Part shown: positions 1-7,101 of the stretch, piece by piece
Layout: each line of letters opens with the position of its first letter
Position numbering within the stretch: the first letter of the stretch is position 1
Source of the DNA: Candidatus Woesearchaeota archaeon
GTDB taxonomy: Archaea; Nanobdellota; Nanobdellia; Pacearchaeales; GW2011-AR1
Reading direction: 5' to 3'
DNA length: 38,564 nucleotides
NCBI GenBank assembly: GCA_964485045.1
Contig: CAZAGO010000004.1
Span: 1-38,564, forward strand
The notes under the pieces: generated by a model
What the model was told of the DNA's origin: nothing
Seen by the model: the letters and a program-made list of their open reading frames with translations, nothing else
Databases searched by the model: none
Made by a program: the position numbers and the translations under genes

Positions 1-39
1 AGCTCGAAACACAAACCAAGGTTCAAATCCTCGATGATA

Positions 40-113
40 TGGGACTGCCCGGATTTGAACCGGGGTCATAAGGTCCCAAACCTCATAGGCTAACCAGGCT
101 ACCCCACAATCCC
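40..113 (-). tRNA. tRNA-Pro (anticodon UGG), 74 nt, no intron, CCA not encoded
   Basis: The reverse complement folds as a cloverleaf. Acceptor stem GGGATTG/CAGTCCC, D stem GGGT/GCCT, anticodon stem TGAGG/CCTTA with loop TTTGGGA (anticodon TGG), T arm CCCGG-TTCAAAT-CCGGG, discriminator A. Confidence 0.9.
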
Positions 114-137
114 ATCTAAAATTGAAGTAAAAATTTA

Positions 138-145
138 TTTATAAA
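138..145 (-). promoter_or_regulatory. TATA box (TTTATAAA) upstream of tRNA-Pro
   Basis: Palindromic octamer centred 28.5 nt upstream of tRNA position 1. It is the same octamer class as the mRNA promoters in this window. Confidence 0.45.
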
Positions 146-153
146 CTATTGTT

Positions 154-789
154 TTACTTCTTCTTTGAGGCGGGCGCTGCCGCTGGTGCTTTGGCTGCCT
201 CCTTACCTTCTTTCTTCGTATCCTCTATCTGTTTGAGTATCTTATCTTGTTCTACTTTTAGTTTAGCAAAATGCTTATTCAATAAATCTTTCTTTTCTTG
301 AGAAGGCTGAGTTTTTCCTTCAGATATTTCTTTATCATATTTGCCTTTATCAATATCCTTTTCAATCTCAGAAGCAAATTTATTTTCTATTAATATTCCA
401 AGACTACCACAACTTCCAACAACTGTTTTAACCGCTGCCTTTAAATTATCAGATAAAAGATTTGGAGATTTTGTTTTTGCTATTGCAATTATTTGTTCTA
501 TTGAAGCATTTGCAACTTGAACTTGTTTCTGAACTCCTGAACCTTTTGTAATTTTAAATTCTGATTTTAAAAGTTCTGCTGCTGGAGGAGAAAAAACATT
601 AACTTCTATTTTTCCAGTAGAAGGTTCTAAATTTACTTCTACAGGAACTTTCATTCCTTCAAAGTCTTTAGTTGCTTCATTTATCTTTTGAAGAACAAGA
701 TTCATACTAATTCCGGTAGGTCCAACTTTCTGACTAAGAGTTGGTCCTGGTTTCATATTTCCTCCTTCGGCAAGTATCTTAATTATCAT
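154..789 (-). CDS. rpl11: 50S ribosomal protein uL11 with a ~50-aa Lys/Glu/Ala/Pro-rich C-terminal extension
   Basis: N-terminus IKILAEGGNMKPGPTLSQKVGPTGISM matches the uL11 signature. ATG start. Lies downstream of spt5, as in archaea generally. Confidence 0.93.
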   Translation of the reverse strand: MIIKILAEGGNMKPGPTLSQKVGPTGISMNLVLQKINEATKDFEGMKVPVEVNLEPSTGKIEVNVFSPPAAELLKSEFKITKGSGVQKQVQVANASIEQIIAIAKTKSPNLLSDNLKAAVKTVVGSCGSLGILIENKFASEIEKDIDKGKYDKEISEGKTQPSQEKKDLLNKHFAKLKVEQDKILKQIEDTKKEGKEAAKAPAAAPASKKK

Positions 790-1048
790 TTTTATACAGT
801 GTGGGATTATTTAGTTTAATTAATCTTTCTTTTAAATCTGCAAGGCCATATTTAGAATAATCATTTTGTTCTGCACAACCGCTTGTTTTAGCTAAATTTT
901 CTAATCTATTAATTTCCTTTCTTAAACAAATTTTTCTTATTTCATTATACTCTTCTAAGATACTGCTCATTTTTTTCTCCCATTTATTTATTACATCCCC
1001 CAATGGAGTTTTTATTGTTTCATAATCTTTTTCTAAACACTCATTCAT
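779..1048 (-). CDS. hypothetical 89-aa protein (predicted helical/coiled coil) inserted between spt5 and rpl11
   Basis: ATG preceded by AGGAG 7-8 nt upstream. Overlaps the spt5 stop by 8 nt and the rpl11 start by 11 nt. I recognise no family. Confidence 0.55.
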   Translation of the reverse strand: MNECLEKDYETIKTPLGDVINKWEKKMSSILEEYNEIRKICLRKEINRLENLAKTSGCAEQNDYSKYGLADLKERLIKLNNPTLYKNDN

Positions 1049-1499
1049 TTTTTTCTCCTAAATCTTCTCTTCTTATGACTTTAACATTATCCAATTTAAT
1101 TGTAACAGGTAGTGGAACAACTGCTCCTAATAAGCTTACAACAACTTCTTCTTTTTGAGTGTCTATTCTTAAAACTTTTGCTTTTTCTTTTTTGAAAGGT
1201 TCTGAAATTATTTCTACTATATCTCCTTCTTTTATTGAAACAGTAGTTGCAGATGGTTCCACCATATTTTGTATTTCTTCATATTCTAGAGTTTTTCCAA
1301 CGATTCCTTTTACATAAGGAATATTAAAAACTGCTTCTTCAGCAGAATCTCTATCTTCAGATTCAAGAAGAATATACCCTCTAAGTCCATGAGGACGAGA
1401 TACAGAAAAGATATTCAATCCTTTTTTTTCTATTCTATCTGTAATCATGTCTAATGCTCTTTCTTCCTTATTTGTTGTAACTTTTATTATAAATATCAT
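1041..1499 (-). CDS. spt5: transcription elongation factor Spt5 (archaeal NusG)
   Basis: NGN-like N-terminus (IFIIKVTTNKEERA...GYILLES) and a KOW motif (IKEGDIVEIISEPFKKEKAKVLRID). Sits in secE-spt5-rpl11 synteny. Confidence 0.9.
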   Translation of the reverse strand: MIFIIKVTTNKEERALDMITDRIEKKGLNIFSVSRPHGLRGYILLESEDRDSAEEAVFNIPYVKGIVGKTLEYEEIQNMVEPSATTVSIKEGDIVEIISEPFKKEKAKVLRIDTQKEEVVVSLLGAVVPLPVTIKLDNVKVIRREDLGEKNE

Positions 1500-1587
1500 T
1501 TTCTTGTTTTGACTAACTCCTTAATTTATAAGAAGCAGATAGTATTATTTAAAAAAATGAGTTTATAAAATTTTCTGATTGAAAATT

Positions 1588-1770
1588 TTACCTAAAAAAA
1601 GGAGCTACGATCATAGAGACCAAAAATCCTAAAATTCCAATAATTAAAATTCCTATTGCTGAAACTTTTGAAATCATTTCAAACTCTTTCATTGTTGGCT
1701 TTTTCATTGTAACCCAAACCCTTTTACACTGAAAAAAGAAAGTGTTCATTGATGTTAAAACTTGATTCAT
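1588..1770 (-). CDS. secE: preprotein translocase subunit SecE / Sec61-gamma
   Basis: CKRVWVTMKKPTMKEFEMISKV followed by one TM helix (AIGILIIGILGFLV). Position immediately upstream of spt5. Confidence 0.85.
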   Translation of the reverse strand: MNQVLTSMNTFFFQCKRVWVTMKKPTMKEFEMISKVSAIGILIIGILGFLVSMIVAPFFR

Positions 1771-1791
1771 AAAAAGAAGTAGTCTGGAGTA

Positions 1792-1799
1792 TTTTTAAA
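1792..1799 (-). promoter_or_regulatory. TATA box (TTTAAAAA on minus strand) for secE, leaderless geometry
   Basis: Octamer centre lies 25.5 nt from the first base of the secE ATG (1770). Confidence 0.55.
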
Positions 1800-1812
1800 G
1801 GTTACTTCAAAC

Positions 1813-3687
1813 TCACTTTATCTTCATTTCAAATGAACCATCCCAATCTTTTGGAGGGGCATGCTTAGAATATTCCTTACATCTTTCTATGAATAATATG
1901 CAAGATTTATCTTTTGGTTCTTCTTCCAAGCATTTCTTAAATCTCTTTTCAGCTTGAGAAAATTTTTTATCAAAATAAAGCGAAAGAGCTTCTTCGTATT
2001 CTTTAGTAAAATTTTTTTTGTAAGCTTTCCATAGCAGTTCGTATATTTCAACAGCATTTTTTTTACCTTTTACCTTAACCCTATCTAAAAGCCTGCATTC
2101 AAAATCTTCTTTAATTAAATCTCTAGTCTCTTTTGAAAGAATTATTTTCACTCCATATTGCTTTGTTAACCCCTCTAATCTTGAAGCAATATTAACTGCA
2201 TCGCCCATTGCAGTATAATCAAATCTTTCATCCGAACCCATATTTCCGATTACTGCATCACCAGTATTTATTCCACACCCAATATTTATTTCTGGAAAAT
2301 TTTTTTCTTTCCAATCCTCTTTTAGAGATTCTAGCTTTCTTACTTGTTCTATTGCAGAATTACAAGCCATTTTTGCATGTTCTTTTTGAAAGAGAGGAGC
2401 ATTCCAAAGTGCCATTATTGCATCTCCTATAAATTTGTCAACTGTCCCTTTATTTTTTAAAATAATTTTAGTCATCTCGGTAAGATACTCATTTATTAAA
2501 TTAACCAATTCTTCAGGAGATAATTTCTCACTTATAGAAGTAAACCCTCTTATATCACTAAAAAAAACAGTAATATTTCTTTTTTCTCCTCCTAATTTTA
2601 GTTCATGTTTCCCTTTTAAGATTTCATTCAAAAGCTCTTTACTTATATACTTTCCAAAAGCACCGGTGAGATATGTGCTATGTTTTTTTTCTTCAAGATA
2701 ATTCAATGCAACTCCCGCTCCAGTGAATATAAAAAGAGATATTGGAAAAAAGAAAAAATCAATAAGATAATTATAATTATTAAAAAAGAATATTCCTGCG
2801 AGAGAATAAATAAAAATTATCAAAAGAAGAAGAGGAATAAGATAATATATTTTTATTCTTGAAAAAAAGAAAAATCCTGCAAAAGAAAAAAGAAAGACTA
2901 AAAAAAAGATAGAAAAAGTTCCTTGTTTTTTTAAGAAACTTTCTAAAAAAATATTTTGAATTATATTTGCATGAACTTCTACTCCTGGCATAGCTATTCC
3001 TTTTGAAGTTGGGACAAAATAATTATCATGAAGATTTGGAGCCGTTGCTCCAATTAAAACAATTTTTCCTTTAAAATCAAAATTCCCTTTAAGAACTTCA
3101 TACGCTCCAATAGAATAAAAAGCATTTGGACTCGAAGCAAAATTTATTGAATAAATCCCTTCTTTAAAATTGCTTCTTCCAGAATATGTTTTGTACACTT
3201 CAAATGCAAAAGGAAGTTCATCTTGCAAAATTCCAACCTCCACCTCTCTCAAAACTCCATCTGAAGAAGAAAGTAAATTTGTATATCCCGTATTCTTTTC
3301 AAAAATAGGGTGAAATAAATTTCCAGAAACAATCTCAGAAGCTAAAACGACATTATTCATTGACAAAAGAGTATCGTTTAAAGAAGAATCATTAGTGCTT
3401 GGCTCAAAAAAAGAAACATCAATTCCTACAACCTTTGCTTCTTTTAATTTTGGTAAAAGTTCTGAAAAAACTTGTCTATCCCAAGGCCATCTACCTATTT
3501 TATTTATGCTCTCATCGTCTATCTTTATTATAACTATATTTTCCAAAGGTCTTTTTTCTCCCTGAAGACTATCTCCCAGAACATTTCTAACATGAGAAAA
3601 AGAATTAACAAAAATAAAAAATGAAAAAATAAATAAAATTAAAAAATAAACGAAAAGGCTCTTTTTAGAAAAATATTTTTTTTGCAT
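1813..3687 (-). CDS. membrane sensor: CHASE2 ectodomain + class III adenylate/guanylate cyclase domain + C-terminal helical tail
   Basis: CHASE2-like IVIIKIDDESINKIGRWPWDRQ...GIDVSFFE, followed by a three-helix TM block. Cyclase motifs: FFSDIRGFT, DKFIGDAIMALW, GINTGDAVIGNMGS, GDAVNIASRLEG. Tail ends PPKDWDGSFEM. Confidence 0.85.
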   Translation of the reverse strand: MQKKYFSKKSLFVYFLILFIFSFFIFVNSFSHVRNVLGDSLQGEKRPLENIVIIKIDDESINKIGRWPWDRQVFSELLPKLKEAKVVGIDVSFFEPSTNDSSLNDTLLSMNNVVLASEIVSGNLFHPIFEKNTGYTNLLSSSDGVLREVEVGILQDELPFAFEVYKTYSGRSNFKEGIYSINFASSPNAFYSIGAYEVLKGNFDFKGKIVLIGATAPNLHDNYFVPTSKGIAMPGVEVHANIIQNIFLESFLKKQGTFSIFFLVFLFSFAGFFFFSRIKIYYLIPLLLLIIFIYSLAGIFFFNNYNYLIDFFFFPISLFIFTGAGVALNYLEEKKHSTYLTGAFGKYISKELLNEILKGKHELKLGGEKRNITVFFSDIRGFTSISEKLSPEELVNLINEYLTEMTKIILKNKGTVDKFIGDAIMALWNAPLFQKEHAKMACNSAIEQVRKLESLKEDWKEKNFPEINIGCGINTGDAVIGNMGSDERFDYTAMGDAVNIASRLEGLTKQYGVKIILSKETRDLIKEDFECRLLDRVKVKGKKNAVEIYELLWKAYKKNFTKEYEEALSLYFDKKFSQAEKRFKKCLEEEPKDKSCILFIERCKEYSKHAPPKDWDGSFEMKIK

Positions 3688-3696
3688 TTACTGCAT

Positions 3697-4524
3697 TCAA
3701 AGAGAAGCGTTCATCTCTTTTATTTTATTTGTTATAAAAATTATTTTTTCAACTGAATCCAACTTTATAGGGGATTTATCTCTTATTTCTTCTAAATTTA
3801 TTTCCCCTCTATCTGCTTTCTCCAAATAATCTTGTATATCTTCATCGGTAAACTCGTATCTTTCTTTAAGCATATCTATCTTTTTTTGGTGCTTGGCTAA
3901 TTCTAAATTTCTCAATTCTTTTAGATGTTTTATTACTTCAGCCTTTTTTGTTAAAATAATCTCTTTTTCTTCGGAGGTCATTTCTCTCTCCTTTAAAATC
4001 TGTCCAAAGTCTTCTATTGCTTTTCCCTCTTCAACTAAAAAAGACTGTTCCATTTTCTCATAATCAACTTTTCCTTCTCCTACAAATAAAAGGGAATCGT
4101 TAAAATAAAATCCTGTCCCTCGCACAGAAGCAACGCTTGTGCTTGTCCTAATTGTATATTTGTTTATACCTAATAATCCTGTAACCTGGCTCCATGTTCC
4201 ACCATTCTCTTGGACAAGCTCTAAATTCTTCTTAGCAATCTCTTTTAAAGTAATCGTAGTTCCAGAATCTAAAACAACAACCACACTTTCATAAAGAATT
4301 ATAGAAGCGCTACCAGTATCCGATACAGAGATTACATCTTTCTCTTCTAAAATTTGACTTTCAAAAACTTCTTTTCCATTAATAAAAACACTGTCTTTTT
4401 CAACTAAGAGCCTAGCGCTTATAGTTTTTGAAGAAACAAAAGAAAGATATAAGACTAAAAATATAACAAGAATGACTGCAAAAATTGATGTGAAAATTAT
4501 TATTTTTTTAAGGGGAATATCCAT
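3697..4524 (-). CDS. membrane-anchored FecR-domain protein with C-terminal coiled coil
   Basis: N-terminal TM helix (IIIFTSIFAVILVIFLVLYL). FecR-like beta region SASIILYESVVVVLDSGTTITLKEI...YTIRTSTSVASVRGTGFYF. Lies 9 nt upstream of the cyclase gene. Confidence 0.65.
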   Translation of the reverse strand: MDIPLKKIIIFTSIFAVILVIFLVLYLSFVSSKTISARLLVEKDSVFINGKEVFESQILEEKDVISVSDTGSASIILYESVVVVLDSGTTITLKEIAKKNLELVQENGGTWSQVTGLLGINKYTIRTSTSVASVRGTGFYFNDSLLFVGEGKVDYEKMEQSFLVEEGKAIEDFGQILKEREMTSEEKEIILTKKAEVIKHLKELRNLELAKHQKKIDMLKERYEFTDEDIQDYLEKADRGEINLEEIRDKSPIKLDSVEKIIFITNKIKEMNASL

Positions 4525-4545
4525 AGAATATTACTGTTTTTTAAG

Positions 4546-4553
4546 TTTATAAA
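4546..4553 (-). promoter_or_regulatory. TATA box (TTTATAAA) for the FecR-cyclase operon
   Basis: Palindromic octamer centred 25.5 nt from the ATG at 4524, directly after the ftsZ stop. Confidence 0.55.
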
Positions 4554-4558
4554 AATAC

Positions 4559-5731
4559 TCATTCAAGAAAATCTATTCCAAGCTCTTCCTCTATCTCTTT
4601 ATGTTTTATTCTCTCCCTTCCTTCTCCATGTCCTAGAATTTGAGAACTCTTTACCCCTGTAACTATAAGTAAAACTCTTATTGATTTATCCATATCCTCT
4701 GCTATTTGGGCCCCCCAAATTAATTTTGCCTCAGGATTGAGTTTTTCACCAACAGCCTCTATTATAGATTTACATTCTTCCAAACTCATATTTGGTCCTC
4801 CAACAATATTAACTAAAGAACCGGTAGCATCCGCAATATCTACATCAAGCAGAGGATTTTGTATTGCCTTTTCTACAGCTTCTATTGCTCTATTTTCTGT
4901 ATCTGCCTCTCCCATTCCAATGAGAGAAACTCCTCCTCCAACCATAACTGCTCTTATATCTGCAAAATCTAAATTTACCAGTCCAGATGTTGTTACAAGT
5001 TCTGTTATACCTTTAACTGCATTTGTTAGTATTTCGTCGGCAATTTTGAACGCTGTGTGAAGAGGCAAATCTGGTGCTAATTCTAATAATTTATCATTTG
5101 GAATAACGATAAGTGTATCAACAATTGATTCCATTTTATCTAATCCATCCATCGCATTTTCTATTCTCTTTTTTCCTTCTATTGTAAATGGAAGAGTTAT
5201 TATTCCAATTGTGAGAGCTCCTTGCTTTTTTGCAAGAGAGGCTACTACTGGTGCAGCTCCTGTTCCTGTTCCTCCTCCAAGCCCACAAGTTATAAAAATC
5301 ATATCCGCCCCAGAAATTTTCTTTTTTATCTCGGATTCGGATTCCTTTGCAGCTTCCTGCCCAACTCTAGGATTACTTCCAGCACCTAATCCGTGCGTCA
5401 ATTCTTTTCCGATAAGTATCTTTTGATCAGCATTTGCATATAGTAAATCCTGGGCGTCAGTGTTTATTGCAATTAGCTCTCCTCCTTTTATTCCAATCTC
5501 CCTCATTCGACTAAGAGAATTTCCTCCCCCGCCTCCAACTCCTATAACTTTTATCTTTGCTGCTTGCTTTTTTATGAGTTCCGCAAGCTCCTTATCTATC
5601 TCTCTAACTTCTTGAGAAATATCTGAAGGGTACTTAGGAACGGTATTTTTTGTATAAGTATTTTCCATCATAAAAATAACCTCTGATTTTTTTAAACTCT
5701 CTAATAGGCGATGATGAGCAATTTCTTTCAT
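4559..5731 (-). CDS. ftsZ: cell division GTPase FtsZ
   Basis: Motifs GVGGGGGNSLSRM, NTDAQDL and the tubulin signature GLGGGTGTGAAPVVA. The true start may instead be the internal MM at 5671/5668. Confidence 0.93.
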   Translation of the reverse strand: MKEIAHHRLLESLKKSEVIFMMENTYTKNTVPKYPSDISQEVREIDKELAELIKKQAAKIKVIGVGGGGGNSLSRMREIGIKGGELIAINTDAQDLLYANADQKILIGKELTHGLGAGSNPRVGQEAAKESESEIKKKISGADMIFITCGLGGGTGTGAAPVVASLAKKQGALTIGIITLPFTIEGKKRIENAMDGLDKMESIVDTLIVIPNDKLLELAPDLPLHTAFKIADEILTNAVKGITELVTTSGLVNLDFADIRAVMVGGGVSLIGMGEADTENRAIEAVEKAIQNPLLDVDIADATGSLVNIVGGPNMSLEECKSIIEAVGEKLNPEAKLIWGAQIAEDMDKSIRVLLIVTGVKSSQILGHGEGRERIKHKEIEEELGIDFLE

Positions 5732-5852
5732 TTTCTAGTATCAAAATTGCATAAAAATGCTTTTCAGAACTTTTATTATACTCAACTCTTTGCATTAGTT
5801 AAAATAATTCCCTATGTTTATAAAAATTGTTATAGTGTAAAAAGCTACACAA

Positions 5853-6497
5853 TCATTCTTTCTTTTCTATCTCTTGAATTTCTTGAACTTCAAGATCCAT
5901 TTCAAATATATCCTTATATTTTTCCTTAAAAAGAGCTATAAAATTGACCATGTCTTTTTTAGCTTTTAAGATTATTTTCTTATCTTTAACTTCAAAATCA
6001 AAATTTTTTCTAAACAAAAATTCATTAAAAGCGCCAATCTTTTCTTTAATATCTTCTACTTTTCTCAGGACTTTTATTTTGTAATTTACATCTTTTCCAG
6101 AAAGAGGATTATTGAAGTCTACTATAACTCTTCCTCCAGAAGAGGAAATTATTTTTGCTAATCTTCCATCAAAAGAAAACATAGTCCCAGGAATAGGGTT
6201 TAATTTATGCTCTCTAAAAACCTTTCCAGGTAAGACTTGTACAAGAGCAGAATTCCTATTTCCAAAGGCCTTTTCAGGAGAAAGCTCTAGATAATATTCA
6301 CCTAAATCTTTTCCAAGAAGAAAATCCTCTACAGATTTTAAGAACATCCCTTCTCCAATGCAAAAAATAAAAGGTTTTGGCTCAGAAGATAAATTTGTTT
6401 TTTTCAAATCTTCTTTTATATTGGAATCAAAAATCTCTCCTTCTTTTGTTTTTCCAGTAAATTCTATTTCAATAAAATCTTTTTTTTGTAAAACCAT
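5853..6497 (-). CDS. FKBP-type peptidyl-prolyl cis-trans isomerase (long archaeal type)
   Basis: KKDFIEIEFTGKTKEGEIFDSN and VDFNNPLSGKDVNYKIKVL resemble archaeal FKBP/SlyD-like PPIases. Confidence 0.8.
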   Translation of the reverse strand: MVLQKKDFIEIEFTGKTKEGEIFDSNIKEDLKKTNLSSEPKPFIFCIGEGMFLKSVEDFLLGKDLGEYYLELSPEKAFGNRNSALVQVLPGKVFREHKLNPIPGTMFSFDGRLAKIISSSGGRVIVDFNNPLSGKDVNYKIKVLRKVEDIKEKIGAFNEFLFRKNFDFEVKDKKIILKAKKDMVNFIALFKEKYKDIFEMDLEVQEIQEIEKKE

Positions 6498-6518
6498 ATC
6501 TTTTTTTGAGTAAAAACG

Positions 6519-6526
6519 TTTATAAA
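6519..6526. promoter_or_regulatory. single palindromic TATA box (TTTATAAA) shared by the divergent FKBP and aIF5A genes
   Basis: The octamer is its own reverse complement. Its centre is 25.5 nt from both ATGs (6497 minus strand, 6548 plus strand). Confidence 0.6.
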
Positions 6527-6547
6527 TCTATTTTTTTTGAATAGATT

Positions 6548-6934
6548 ATGATTTTAAAAATAATTGATGCTACAGAAATAAGAAGTGGAACAAACATTCT
6601 AATTGAAGGTATCCCTTATACTGTAAAAAAAATAGATATAAGTAAGACTGGAAAACATGGACATGCAAAAGCAAGAATAGAAGCTATTGGAATTTTCTCT
6701 GAACAAAAGAAAATAATTGTTGCACCGGGGCATGAAAGGTTTGAAGTTCCTATGATTAACAAGAATAAAGGGCAAGTTCTTTCTGTAGGAGATAAAGTAA
6801 GTATAATGGACTTAGATAGTTTTGAAACAATAGAAGTAACGTGTGAAGAGTCTTTAAAAGAAACTATTAAAGAGAATGATAACGTAGAGTATTGGGATGT
6901 TTGTGAAGAAAAAATAATAAAGAGGAAAATATAA
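6548..6934 (+). CDS. eif5a: translation initiation factor 5A (aIF5A)
   Basis: Hypusine-loop motif SKTGKHGHAKARIEAIGIF. Typical length of 128 aa. Confidence 0.92.
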   Translation: MILKIIDATEIRSGTNILIEGIPYTVKKIDISKTGKHGHAKARIEAIGIFSEQKKIIVAPGHERFEVPMINKNKGQVLSVGDKVSIMDLDSFETIEVTCEESLKETIKENDNVEYWDVCEEKIIKRKI

Positions 6935-7095
6935 TGGCAAAAATATTAGAAGCAACTAATCGACTTTTCAAGAATGTTTTTGTATGTAAAGTATGCCATA
7001 GCAAAATAAAATCAGATCCTCAAAGAATTTTAAAGGGAAAAGTTAAATGCAGAAAGTGCAGTAAAAAGAGATTTAGGCCTTTGAAAAAGAAATAG
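6934..7095 (+). CDS. rpl40e: 50S ribosomal protein eL40 (53 aa, below the ORF-track cutoff)
   Basis: Hand translation gives MAKILEATNRLFKNVFVCKVCHSKIKSDPQRILKGKVKCRKCSKKRFRPLKKK. This shows the C-x2-C...C-x2-C...RP pattern of archaeal L40e. The ATG overlaps the aIF5A stop (ATAATG). Confidence 0.8.
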   Translation: MAKILEATNRLFKNVFVCKVCHSKIKSDPQRILKGKVKCRKCSKKRFRPLKKK

Positions 7096-7101
7096 TAAAA
7101 A

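Noticed and set aside
1-39. Possible 3' portion of a plus-strand tRNA (T-loop-like GGTTCAAATCC at 20-30) at the window edge, abutting tRNA-Pro tail to tail
   Set aside because: The implied T stem (CAAGG/CCTCG) has an A-C mismatch. The implied acceptor strand (ATGATAT) is AT-rich, unlike the two good tRNAs here, and would overlap the tRNA-Pro discriminator. The 5' part lies outside the window. It cannot be called and may be a tRNA fragment.
2208-2862. Plus-strand ORFs of 60-88 aa inside the cyclase gene. Similar antisense or overlapping ORFs occur at 4737-5426, 6112-6294, 7467-8059, 12495-12677, 13435-13647, 14759-14980, 16645-16848, 18969-19439, and many within 19895-32780 and 34951-37958
   Set aside because: All lie antisense to, or out of frame within, strongly supported conserved genes. 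They have low-complexity, AT-bias-driven composition and lack start-site geometry.
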